DNA from: the human T2T-CHM13v2.0 reference genome, Homo sapiens
Strand: one strand, 5' to 3'
NCBI RefSeq assembly: GCF_009914755.1
Contig: NC_060934.1
Length of the DNA stretch: 64,000 bases
In this document: positions 1-11,415 of the stretch, piece by piece
How the letters are laid out: each line of letters opens with the position of its first letter
Position numbering within the stretch: position 1 is the stretch's first letter
Made by a program: the position numbers and the translations under genes
The notes under the pieces: model-generated
Told to the model about the DNA's origin: nothing
Database searches by the model: none
The model's input: only the letters and a program-made list of their open reading frames with translations

Positions 1-79
1 AGAGGCATTCTCAACAACCATTAAACATTTTGAATTCAATTTTCAGTTAAACCAGTATTTTATTAACAACAGATTCCAG

Positions 80-640
80 TTAAATACAACAAATATTAAA
101 CAGCTATTGTATATGCAAATGACATTGCCCTAGGCTTTGTTGGGGATAAAAGTTAAAATATCTCAATCTTTAATTGAGTTTATAATCTTCCAAGGAATAT
201 AAGCCATGCAATAATAACTACTAAAAATAAAAAAAATGTCCAAAAGAGATGGTTAAAGGAAAATCCTTATCATTCAGAGAACCGTGGTCATTGGAAATAG
301 GATTTGAACATCTGAATCCAGACAGAGAATTATCTAAGAGTAAAATAGTATCATAAAGCATGAGAGAAGGACAGTATGGCACATGTGAGTGCAGAAAATC
401 ATTCATTTTGGCTGGAACATAAGGTGGATTCAGGGGAGTAGTAAAAAATAAATAAAGTAAATAGTCTGGGAGAAGATCATGGGGCTCCTTGAGAGTCAAG
501 TTAACCTTTTTATAATTCATATAACAGAAAGGTTGGAGTCATTAAAGATTTTTTATGAACAAGTGGCTTATCTAGATTTATTGTTTAAAAAATTAGTCCA
601 GAAATGTATATGAGAAGGATTAAAAGGGAAAGGATGAAAG
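80..640 (-). mobile_element. L2 fragments (degraded)
   Basis: Purine-rich L2-like blocks (caacaaatattaaacagctattgtatatgca..., ggagtcattaaagatttttta...). Boundaries approximate. Confidence 0.5.
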
Positions 641-947
641 CTATGTTTTATTTTATATTAATAGATAATAATGAGAAAATCTTATTCTCTGAATAAATAG
701 CTAGACATACATTTTGAGGATTATTATTCTCAAGCACTGTGTACATTTCAAATGTGCTTCAATATTTTGTGAACATTCAATATTTTGTGAAGGTGTTTTA
801 GAGAAGTCATAAGCAAGCAACACATGCATTGAGCTCTGTAAACTCTGTTTATGTTATTAATCAGAATAGCTCCTGTCCATCTAAAGGAGGAATAGATGTC
901 TTTAAGAAGAAATGAAAAAATAAAGTAAATGTGAAAATTTCCCTTAC

Positions 948-1513
948 TTATTTCCAAACAAGTGCTCCTCCAAAAAAATGCAAATAATTAAGTTTCTGAA
1001 ATGGTGAACATATCAGATTAGTAGACATATGGCAGGAGCAGCAAATGAGCAGATCAAGTTGAAGTCCTAGTATTACCAATCTGTTAATGTTGACAGGAAG
1101 ACTCATTTTGACTGTTCCTTTTATATCAATAAATGAGTGGATTTCAACTACTCTAAATAGGAATGCTAAAAGCAGCACTGCTAAAAGTGCATATCAAACC
1201 AATAATTTTCTGATGCTGTTTTGGTATATCCTACAAACATTTGTAGGACAACAACTCAGAAGGGAAAAAAATATCTTATGCCTTTGAGGTCTGTACTGAA
1301 TGCTAATGCATTTGTATATGATGGATTTAATACAGAACTGAGAATAAATTACTTTCAGCAGCTGCACTCTAGACCTATAAATCGCTCTGAGTACTACAAA
1401 ATCCATACAGAGGAAGAACAGCTGGATAATTTACACCACCAGTATTTGTCAAAAAAAAAAAAAAAAAGCTGAAAATACAGAACCTGATTTGTCCCTTTTT
1501 CGAGTATACACGT
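948..1513 (-). other. Candidate non-coding/UTR exon of a - strand transcript (~566 nt)
   Basis: Acceptor tttaatttttgtAG|ACGTG at 1515/1513 and donor AATAA|GTAAGG at 948/947. Unique, non-repeat sequence with an internal U17 tract. An alternative weak donor TCAG|GTTCTG near 1484 would give a 30-nt exon. Confidence 0.4.
1451..1467 (+). repeat. A17 mononucleotide run
   Basis: 17 consecutive A not attached to a recognisable retroelement. Confidence 0.95.
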
Positions 1514-2508
1514 CTACAAAAATTAAACATTATCTTTCTAGAGAATCTATTAGGATAGGCACATCTATTCGCATCTTGACATGTTGCTCTTTTAAAATAA
1601 ACATAATTCCTCTTATTTTAAAAGCACTTTTTAAAAGGATAAAAGCAGCAAAGAAAAAAACTTTTCCTTATAACCAAACGCAAGCACAAAGAAAAGTCTG
1701 TTAATGTTTATTTTGTGTTCCAATTGCTATGCTCTGGTAAAATTCTACAAAAGGAAACACGTTAACCAGATGACTTGCAGAGCACAGTGATACCAAAAAT
1801 AGTACTTAAGTTAATACACTAATTGCAAAGTTGCAGAGATTAAGTTCACCATTCTAGTTCTTGGATAAACTTTTGGAGAGGGAGTATTTAAAGTTTAATA
1901 TAAGGGCTGTCTTAAGCTTCCTAAAGAATAATACAAGCAGTAAAAATGTGCTCCGTATAAGTGAACTCCAGAAATAGAAAGCTGCAGTCACTAAAGGAAT
2001 ATTAGCTTTTGTGTAAGCAACAAAATTACCCTTTTGCAACTTCTATTAAAGTCAATACAAGAGAGTGGCTAATGGCTAATTTTGCTCACAAATCTACCAT
2101 TGTTTTGAGTTTTTATATGTGACGCTAATTCATAAAGAAGCCATACTACCTTGATAATAACAACAAAGAAAAATTCTTAAGTCCCCACATGGTAATTACT
2201 GTGATCTATATGTAGAAATTTGACAATATGTCAAAATTTGAACCTATTTTCAAATGAACCTATATCAGTTTCAGAAATCTAAGCGTTCCTAAAACAATGA
2301 TTAACAAAAACCAATTGGTGTTACTCTCCAAATCATGCAATCTAGTGGACTGTAATTCCAATATTATAAAAATGCTGTGATAGGAATATGCATGAGTGAA
2401 CAAACAGGCGGCTTTATCTGCCTGCCAATTTCACATCCACTGGAAACAAAAGGAATAGGTGAGGTTATTCTTAATTGATGCCTGTCAATCTTTCTTTTCC
2501 TACACTAC

Positions 2509-2886
2509 TAATATGGTTAGGCTTTGCGTTCCCACCCAAATCTCATTTTGAATTGTAATCCCAATAATCCTCATGTGTCAAGGGAGAGACCAGGTGGAGT
2601 AATCGAATCATGGGGGTGGTTCCCCCATGCTGTTCTTGTGATAGTGAGTTCGTTCTCAGGAGATCTAATGGTTTTATAAGGGGCTCTTCCCCACTTTCGC
2701 AGCACTCAACTCTGTCCTGCCGCCCTGTGAAGAAGTTGCCTGCCTCCCCTTTGTGTTCTGCCATGATTGTAAGTTTCCTGAGGCCTCTCCAGCAATGTGG
2801 AACTGTGAGTCAATTAAACCTCTTTCCTTTACAAATTACCCAGTCCCAGGTATTTCTTCATAGCAATGTGAGAACGGACTAATACA
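2509..2886 (+). mobile_element. MaLR solo LTR (THE1D/MSTA-like)
   Basis: TAATATGGTTAGGCTTTG...CCCACCCAAATCTCAT start and GGACTAATACA end. Perfect 5-bp TSD ACTAC (2504-2508/2887-2891). Confidence 0.9.
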
Positions 2887-3590
2887 ACTACACTCTTCTA
2901 ATCACTTTATTTTAAAATCAGATAGCTTGGAGCCCAAACAAGGCCTCCTCTCTGTCAATTGTCCTTAATCTGAACTCAGTTTTAGAACACTCACAACCAC
3001 ATAGGATATAAACTCATTTAGCAAAATGCCAGGGAAAAAAATAATAGGCATCCAGTAGTAGAAGTAAGCAAAGATTGACAAAGAATCCAAGCCCTAAAGT
3101 GTCCATAAGGTTGAAGAGTTTAAAAATGACACACTAGTTTATGTGAAGTAAGAGTCATGCAGATAACTGGAGGACTTATCTACTTATCTGTATTTCTCTC
3201 AAGTTATGCTGCTTACTAGTTCACAGCATAAACCACCAACCAGATGGCTTAATTGCACAGCAGACATTCTTACATTGCCTTAAACTAGGAATAGAGGGCT
3301 ACTAGTAAATATACAAAAATAAAACAAGTAACATTGTTTATGGCCCACTAAACTGTATACATTTATGTGATTCTCTTCCCTATACCTCTGTCACAACTTT
3401 GTATCTTTTCTGGATTCTCTCTTAGGAGTTCATGGACTGAACTGAGCTAACTTTAAATGCACTACTATACTTAACTATTCTATAATTCTGAAGTTGCCGT
3501 AATTTCTCAAGTTAAAATACCCTGTGGTTCCAAACTCAACCCAACTTATTTCAAGACTGGTAGCACCCAATTTTTTTAAATGTCCATTAA

Positions 3591-3895
3591 GGCTGGGCAC
3601 GGTTGTTCATGCTTGTAATCCTAGCACTTTGGGAGGCTGAGGCAGATGGATCACTTGAGCCTAGGAGTTCAAGACCAGCCTGGGCAATATCGAGAAACCT
3701 TGTCTCTACAAAAAAATACAAAAATTAGCTGGGAGTGGTGGTGCATGCCTGTAGTCCCGGTTACTTGGGAGGCTGAGATGGGAGGATCGCTTGAACCCAA
3801 TAGTTGGAGGCTGTAGTCAGCTATCATTGTACCACTGCACTCCAGCCTGAGCGATAGGGTAAGACCCTGTCTCAAAAAATAATAATAAATAAATA
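3591..3895 (+). mobile_element. Alu (AluJ)
   Basis: Dimeric Alu with J-type GGATCACTTGAGC and GAGGCTGTAGT. TSD aaatgtccattaa/aaatgcccattaa. Confidence 0.92.
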
Positions 3896-4379
3896 AAATG
3901 CCCATTAAATAAAAATCTTAAGCAAAGTTAATACTTTATTAATTCATTGTTGTGGAAACCAAACCATTTTAGCAGAAGAGAATACAAAATAATGTTCAAA
4001 GAATAGGGAAGAAAGTTTTAGTTCTCATAATTTGCAATGCACTAAAGCATCTTGATAATTACTTGTTAAAGTTCCTGGCCTCAAATAATCTTATAATTTT
4101 GAGGACATTTTCTGATTGATCTCTCTATTATTACTCCATGTAGGTGCATGACTATCTTTTGCATGGAGGTATTTTTACAAACCTCTATATCCCACAACAC
4201 AATACCACTACTTGATAAATAATTATTTATCACTCATCTGTCACTCATCAAAATCTATCATTTCCACTTATTTTCTTTAATCATCTCAGCTCACATGGGT
4301 TCCCTCTCTCACATAAAGTCCCATACTACTTATTATTTGTAGCATAATGTAGTAGTTACAATTACACAGTTTTCATCCT

Positions 4380-4545
4380 AGCCATCCTGTATCAGAGTTC
4401 TATCATTTATTACTCATGAGACTATGGAGAAGTCACATAACCATCATAACTCCTATTCCTCATACCTAAAATGGAAATAATTATATCTATTTCCCAAGGT
4501 TTTTGTGAGAAATGACTAAAACCATATATGAAAGTGCTTACAACT
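4380..4545 (+). mobile_element. MIR fragment
   Basis: Core-like ttcctcatacctaaaatggaaataat...atatgaaagtgctta. Confidence 0.6.
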
Positions 4546-4554
4546 CAATAGAAA

Positions 4555-5370
4555 GCGGGAAAAGATAAAAATAAATAAAAATACAACTCAATAATAAGAC
4601 AAACAACCCAATTTAAAAATGGGCAAACTATGTTAACAGACACTTACAAAGAAAGACATATAAATGGCCATTAATCACATGAGAAGATACTCAAAATTAT
4701 ATTCATTAGGGGAATGCAAATTAAACCACCATTAGATGCCAATACACATCTGGCAAAAGCTGAAGTTCCAGCAACCAGAACTCTTATACATTAGTCAGTC
4801 AGAGGGTAAAATGATAAAACTCCTTCAGGAAAGAGTGTGACCATTTCTTATAAAACTGAAAATATGTCTATCCTATGACCAAATAATTTCATTCTTATTT
4901 ATTTAAGAGAAATAAAAGTATGTTCCACAGAAAGCCTTGTGCATGGATGTAAATAGCACCTTTATTTATAATAACCAAAACTTAGAAATGCCCAGGTGTC
5001 AAAAAATAGAGAAATGTATAAACAATTGTGGTATATTACTACTTTCCCATAAAAAGAAACAAACTACTGGTATATATAATGACATAGATAAATATTAAAA
5101 ATGTCACAACAAGTGAAAGAAGACTTACACAAAACAGAATGCACTGTGTGATTCCATTAATGTAAAGTAATGAGAACAGGCAAAACTAATGAAGGGTGGA
5201 AAAGGTGAGAATAGTGGTTGTCTAGTGTGGGAGGCACTCCTGGCTCACAAGAGGGATAAAGGAACTTGAAACTATCTGAGGTGATGGGTTACAAGGATGT
5301 TTGTATTCATCAAAATGCAGAATATGTACGCTTAAGATTTAGGCATTTAAATGAAAGTTTTGCCATAAAT
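4555..5370 (+). mobile_element. Old L1M (L1MC/MD/ME-like) 3' fragment
   Basis: caactcaataataagacaaacaacccaatttaaaaatgggcaaa ORF2 end, followed by L1M 3'UTR motifs. Confidence 0.75.
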
Positions 5371-5866
5371 TTACTATAAAACAAAAACATTGGAAAATAA
5401 CTATAAATTAAAAGCAGAAAACAAATCAATCTATTGATAAGCATAAATTAGAGTAAAATAATTAAACTGAACAAAGAGATTCTCACAACTGTTCTTAGTT
5501 CAGCTTCATGCTGTTTCAAGAGAAAACTATAGAAAGATTCAAACAAAAGAAATGGAAGAAGAGTTACAAAGCAGATATTAAATAAAAGAATGTTGAATAA
5601 GTTAAGAATAAAGGAAATACTGTTTTTATACCAGACCAAAAAAGATGTTTAGGCCAATAAGAGTTACTAGTATACAAGGGTCATTGGATAAAGACAATAG
5701 GAATATTTACTAGGAAATAATTACAATTCTTGATTTCCACGACCTCAATAGCATAATCACAAATATTTGAAACAATAATTGACTGAATTATGAAGACATT
5801 GGCAAATTTACAATCGCCATGAGAGATTATACCACATCTCTTTTGGTAGTTAAAAATTAAGGAGAT

Positions 5867-6161
5867 GGCCTGGCGCAGTGGCTCACACCTGTAATCATAG
5901 CACTTTAGGAGGCTGAGGCCAGCGGATTGCTTGAGCCCAGGAATTCAAGACCAGCCTGGGCAATACAGCAAAACTCCATTTCTACAAAAATACAAAAAAA
6001 TTAGCTGAGCACAGTGGTGTGTGCCTGTGTCCCCAGCTACTCAGAGGCTGAGATAAGAGGATTCCTTGAGCCCAGGAGGTCAAAGCCACAGTGAGCCATG
6101 ATCATGTCATGGCACTCCAGGCTGAGGGACAGAGATAGACTCTGTCTCAATAAAATAAAAA
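5867..6161 (+). mobile_element. Alu (AluJ)
   Basis: Full dimer with J-type GGATTGCTTGAGCCCAGG and GAGGTCAAAGC. Confidence 0.92.
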
Positions 6162-6419
6162 TTTTACTGACAAAATATCAGTAAGAATCAGATTTGAACA
6201 ACATGATTATTATTTAATTTAATGAACAAATATAGAATCATTAGATATATTCAATAGAAAATATATTCTGATTAAAGCATTCATGAGACATTTACACTAT
6301 TGACCACCCACTAAGCCAGAAAGCAAAGCAAATCTCAATATGAAGAATCAAGATTATACAACCCACATTTTCTGACCATCATGATAATACATTAGAAGTC
6401 AGTAAAAATGTTCCAGAGA

Positions 6420-6680
6420 AATAATAGTAGCAACGCATATGGTCCTTGCTAAGTGGTGGGCACTCTTCTGAGTATTTTAAATACGTTAGCACTTTTAATC
6501 CTTGTAACAACTATATAAGGTAGGTACTGCTATTATCATCCCAGTTTCATAGATGAGCAAATTGAGGCAGAAAGAGAATAAATAAGGTGCTAAATAACCA
6601 CACGTGCACACATAAGTGGTGGAGCTCAGCTGTGGTCCTTGGCAGCATGGCTTTGGAGGTAGAACTCTTAGCCAAAATAA
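6420..6680 (-). mobile_element. MIR
   Basis: Antisense MIR core attatcatcccagtttcatagatgagcaaattgaggcaga. Confidence 0.8.
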
Positions 6681-7084
6681 CATTAGGATCAAAGAAAATG
6701 TCTTTATGTAAATTAGATAATAGATGAGAAACTTTGATCAAACTACAACAGCTACATATTACCTGGAGGAAAATAAAGAGCCTTAAATATTTGTGTTAGA
6801 AATTATTTTTAAAAAATGACTGACAATGAATGTGCTAAGCGTATAAAAAACCGAAGAAATTGAAAAAAGAATAACAGTAAACCCTAAAAGAAAGAAGAAA
6901 ATGATAAGGATAAAATCAGAAATTAATGAAATGGAAAAAATCAAGATTAATAAATTCAAAAGGGTACCTCTAAATTCAAAAAAAGTGGAACCAAACTGGA
7001 ATTTTCCCATTGGTGTTTACATTGCTTAGGAGGCATGTATCACATTATAAACTGTCCTAAGAACTATCTTCTGTAATTCACATA

Positions 7085-7310
7085 TATTCCTGAGCTCTCT
7101 CCTTTTCAGGTTAAATCAACACAATTTCTTTAGCCGTCTTTACTGATCCTGCTTTCTAGCCCTTCACTAATTTCCATTTATTATCTTCTGATTTTTTCCA
7201 CTTCTTCTTAGTCTTCTTAATTTATGGATCAGAAAACTAGCTCAGAACCTTAATAAGAATCCGAATGGCACTGAGCATAGTTGGAAAATCACTTCTGGGT
7301 TTTACATTAT
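7085..7310 (-). mobile_element. CR1/L3 fragment
   Basis: ctccttttcaggttaaat...ttcttaatttatggatcagaaaactagctcagaac...ggcactgagcatagt resembles the antisense L3/CR1 ORF2 3' region. Confidence 0.5.
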
Positions 7311-7589
7311 AAATATTTAGAATGATCATATAAAATGAACTGCAATATGTTTCAGGAAACTTTAAAAATGTTCAGATAATACTAACGGGGCTTCATAAGA
7401 ATATCACCAAAATACAGACTTACCAAGACTGGCCATTCATTGTCACTAGTTGCAAATTAAATCTGCAAACATCATCCTCAAAATTTTACAATTAATTTTA
7501 ATGGATTATGGAAGAATTTAGGACAGCCTATCCATTATAACAAATTCCTGAAACAATGTTTTTGTCTGATTGGAGAGTATAAAAATTAC

Positions 7590-7714
7590 CTTGTTGAGTT
7601 TGCCTGTTTACTTTTCAAACCAGGTATTGAAAATTGAAATATAGTCACCAGTCAGAAGTTGTTGCAGTAGGCTTCAAATAAGTTTAATATACTTATTGCT
7701 GCCTTTCTAAAATT
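7590..7714 (-). other. Candidate non-coding exon (125 nt)
   Basis: Branch-like CTGAT plus tgctttctttgcatAG|AATT acceptor. Donor ACAAG|GTAATT. Stops in all three frames. Confidence 0.5.
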
Positions 7715-7739
7715 CTATGCAAAGAAAGCAATCAGATAC

Positions 7740-8170
7740 TGAAATAAGTATTTATGGGCAAAGATTCTCAGTGCAGTATTGTTGGTATTATTAAAATTCA
7801 GAAACAAACCATCCAAAAGTACAGCTATTGTTAAATAAATTATAGTATATCCACACAAGACAATATTATGCATCCATTGTATTTGTATTTTTTAATTAAT
7901 TCTATGGGGCAATGTGTGATATATAAAATACAAAGAGAAAGTAAACTATATAAAATTATATATGGTTGATACATTTGCCGATGAAATGACATAATGATTG
8001 CCATTTGCTTCAAAATAATATGTGAGGGGAATGAAGTGGGTGTGACAGAGATGAAACAAGATGGATCGTGAATTGATAATTACTGAAGTTGGGTGTTAGG
8101 GACACAAAGGTTCATTACATTATTTTTTCTACTTTTGATAATGTTACAAATATTCTATAATAAAGGTTTA
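7740..8170 (+). mobile_element. Old L1M 3'UTR fragment(s)
   Basis: gttaaataaattatagtatatccacaca; gatttgcttcaaaataat-like; ggttcattacattattttttctacttttg. Confidence 0.6.
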
Positions 8171-8811
8171 AGAAGCCTATATATACATTGTGGTTCTAAT
8201 TATAAATCTATATATACACATATATATATTATAATATAACTAGTGTTTTATAACATATGTTCATCTTGAAGAAGACATCACCAAAATGTTAAGGCTGGCC
8301 CAAAGTGGTTGATCATTCCTTATTCATTAATACTTTTCTAATCAAACTTCTAAGTTTATAGGCATCCCAGGTCTTCCAAGATACTACTTTAAAATGTTAC
8401 CTTTTTTCTAATTCATGCTTTCAAGTGGCAATTCATATAATTAAGAAGAATATGCTGATCATCACTCTACTTTATTGTGTCAAATTATCTTGAACTCTTA
8501 AACTCATAATCCTACATAAGATGACTATTTCTACCATGGCAATCCCTGTGGTTATTTGTTCAATGCCCACTGCCTTCTGATGCAACTGGCTCCCAGTACA
8601 CCAGAAAGGTCCTTTATTGGCTGAGCACATTGATGGGTGGTTGTATGCAGTTTGAATAAAGATAGGAGATTATTAGGTAAAATAGAGGGAAAAGAAACCT
8701 AAAGTTGGATAATGATAACCTAGAGGAAAGGTAGTCAGAAGCTGGGGAAGATGAATGCTTCTTAGTCCTGAGAAGACTAAAGTGTAAAGAATCTCCTTGG
8801 CAGCATGGTAG

Positions 8812-9445
8812 TGTCAGAGGCCTTTGAACCAGAGCAACTTCATCTTAAATAGGGGCTGGGTAAAATAAGGCTGAGACCTACTAGGCTGCATTCCCAGGAG
8901 ATTAGGCATTCCTAGTCACAGGATGAGATGGGAAGTCGGCACAAGATAGAGGTCACAAAGACTTTGCTGATAAAACAGATTGGGGTAAAGAAGCCGGCCA
9001 AAACCTACCAAAATGGAGATGGCATCAAAAGTGACCTCTGGTTGTCCTCACTTTTCATTAAAGGCTAATTATAATGCATTAGCATGCTAAAAGACACTCC
9101 CACCAGTGTCATGACAGTTTACAAATGCCATAGTAATGTCAGGAAGTTACACTGTCTGGTTTAAAAAGAGAAGGAACCCTCAGTTCTGGGAATTGCCCAC
9201 CCCTTTCCCAGAAAACTTATGAATAATCCACCCCTTGTTTGGCATATAATCAAGAAATAACTATAAGTATTATCAATAGAGCAGTCCAAGATGCTGCCCT
9301 GCCTATGGACTGCCATTCTTTTATTCCTTTGCTTTCCCAGTAAACTTGCTTTCACTGTACTTTATGGACTCGCCCTGAATTCTTTCTTGCACAAGGTCCA
9401 AGAATCCTCTCTTGGGGTCTGGATTGGGACCCCTTTCCAGGAACA
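8812..9445 (+). mobile_element. MER41 (MER41B-like) ERV1 solo LTR
   Basis: TGTCAGAGGC.TTTGAACCAGAGCAACT start and GGGACCCCTTTCCAGGAACA end. TSD GTAG/GGAG. Confidence 0.9.
9184..9213. promoter_or_regulatory. Tandem STAT GAS motifs in MER41
   Basis: TTCTGGGAA (9184-9192) and TTCCCAGAA (9205-9213) both match TTCNNNGAA. Confidence 0.6.
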
Positions 9446-9537
9446 GGAGAACAAAGATGATTTCTGGAGAACGTACAGGTATAACAAAGATTTTTACAGT
9501 AATTTGTTATGGAATGTGCAAGGTAAAAGCTTTCCTT

Positions 9538-10292
9538 TGATGATGAAAAGAGTCAAACTCTGTAAAATATTTTAAGAGATTTATTCTGAACCAAATATGA
9601 GTGACCATGGCCTGTGACACAGCCCTTGGGAGGTCCAGAGAACATGTGCCCAAGGTGGTCAGGGTACAGCTTGGTTTTATATATTTTGGGGAGGCATGAG
9701 GCATCAATCAAATACATTTAAGAAACACATTGGTTTGGTTCAGAAAGGCGGGACAACTCAAAGCAGGGGCTTCCAGGCTATAGGTGAATTTAAACATTTT
9801 CTGGTTGAAAATTAGTTGAGTTTATCTGAAGACTGGGGATCAGTGGAAGGGAAATGTTCAGGTTAAGATAAAGGATTGTGGAGACCAAGTTTTATTGTGC
9901 AGAGGACTCTCTCAGATAGCAGACTTCAGAGAGAGAGCAGATTGTACAATGTTTCTTATCAGACCTAAAAACTTACCTGCCTTTCAGTTGACTGCCTCCT
10001 GGATCTAGAAAGAAAGGAAGGAAAACGAAGGGGGAAGGAGATTCTCTGTAGAATGTGGATTTTTCCCACAAGAGTCTTTGCAGGTCAATTTCAAGGTATG
10101 GCAAGGAAATATATTTTGGGGTAAAACATTTTGATTTTTTCCCTTCTTATCCTATAGTCAGATTGGAAAGTAAGCCACGATACACAGGGTTAAATAAAAC
10201 CCATCTGATGAGAATTTATGGTTTGTAGGGCATGATTCCCCAGACCCCTTAGAAAGGAATTTGGGCAAGATAAAATCAGATCTCAGTCCTCA
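9538..10292 (-). mobile_element. MER4E-like ERV1 solo LTR
   Basis: The - strand begins TGAGGACTGAGATCTGATTTTATCTTGCCCAAATTCC and ends TTTTACAGAGTTTGACTCTTTTCATCATCA. TSD CCTT/CCTC. Confidence 0.85.
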
Positions 10293-10623
10293 CCTCCAAA
10301 ATAACATTCAGCACAATCACCATTACTTACTGATGCTTTAGGCGTGGGTAAATTTTTTCTGGAGAATGCAAAGGTGGTGTTGAGTCCTGAGTTGTTTACC
10401 TATGGAGCAGTAATCAGAAAAACTGACATATGGGATCCATACTAAATAAGTGACATTTACTGCACCCCAAATACATCGAGTCAGTCATAAAACCTAGAGT
10501 CTAAGCAACACCAAGCCCTCAAAAGACTAAGGACACATAACAATTAACCCATCATTAGTCTATTAGTATACATACATTAACAATAACATTTTGAACCTGG
10601 AGAGAGCCATAAAATCATTCATT

Positions 10624-10830
10624 TGTAAACCAAAGTGTATCTGAGACAGGTCTCAATCAATTTGGAAGTTTATTTTGCCAGGGTTAAGGACATACCCTTA
10701 TTAAGAAATAAACATAAAATCACCGAAACAGTCTGTGGTCTGTCTTTCTCCGAAGATGAACTTGAGGGCTTCAATATGTAAAGGGGGAAAGCGGGCTGGA
10801 GGGGAAGGAGGGAGAGTATGGAAATACACA
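10624..10830 (-). mobile_element. MER4-group ERV1 LTR 3' fragment
   Basis: TGTAAACCAAAG..TATCTGAGACAGGTCTCAATCAATTT..AAGTTTATTTTGCCA is the reverse of a MER4-group LTR end with AATAAA. Confidence 0.7.
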
Positions 10831-10865
10831 CACTGCAAGAGGAAAGGGGCAGATAGGGTAATATC

Positions 10866-11141
10866 CATTGAAAGGTAAGGAGAGCAGAGTTCATTGGGCA
10901 AAAAGAAAACTCTCAGCAAACAGGTGAGGGAGTCCTGCCAACCGGCTCCCACTTCACAGACTGAATACCAGGTCACCACACACAAGCTGAAGACGCCCGG
11001 CTCCTGCCCCTGCATAAGGTGTCAATTCCTGGTGACTCCACCCCATTCTCCCAGTGTGCACATAGGCCCCCAGTGCATTGCAGGCATGCCCAGGCAAGAA
11101 GACCCTGTGCAGGTTCCCTTATCTGCCTCCTGCATTTATCA
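10866..11141 (-). mobile_element. ERV1 LTR fragment (MER48/MER61-like)
   Basis: The - strand reads TGATAAATGCAGGAGGCAGATAAGGGAACCTGCACAGGG...TTGCCCAATGAACTCTGCTCTCC. 3'-truncated. Confidence 0.6.
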
Positions 11142-11415
11142 CTGGGACCATTTAATTTCCCTAAAAATCATTTACAATCCCTCAAAATTGCCTATATTTC
11201 CTCCATTTCCCTCCCCCAATGAAGAGGGTATATAAGCTTCAACTGTCTGTCTGTTTCTTTGAGTCTCATATCTGTGGGACTCTCATACCCATGTATGTGC
11301 ACAATAATAAACTTTTGTGTCTTTTTCTCCTGTTAATCTGTCTGTCTATTGTCAGTTTATTTTGGCAAAATGTGTCAATCATCAAAACATCAGAGGGAAA
11401 GTAGGCTTCCCCACA
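11142..11415 (+). mobile_element. ERV1 LTR 3' half (MER34-group-like)
   Basis: TATATAA box, AATAAA, ttttctcctgttaatctgtc, end ...agagggaaagtaggcttccccaCA. Confidence 0.6.

Larger units (their letters stand above)
5450..6990 (+). mobile_element. Old L1ME-like ORF2 (endonuclease region) fragments, interrupted by Alu and MIR
   Basis: A-rich degraded L1 motifs (ttctgaccatcatgataatacattagaagtcagt; aaaatcagaaattaatgaaat). Confidence 0.55.

Noticed and set aside
1000-1467. Processed pseudogene ending in the A17 run
   Set aside because: No AATAAA just upstream of the run, no TSD, and no recognisable parent CDS.
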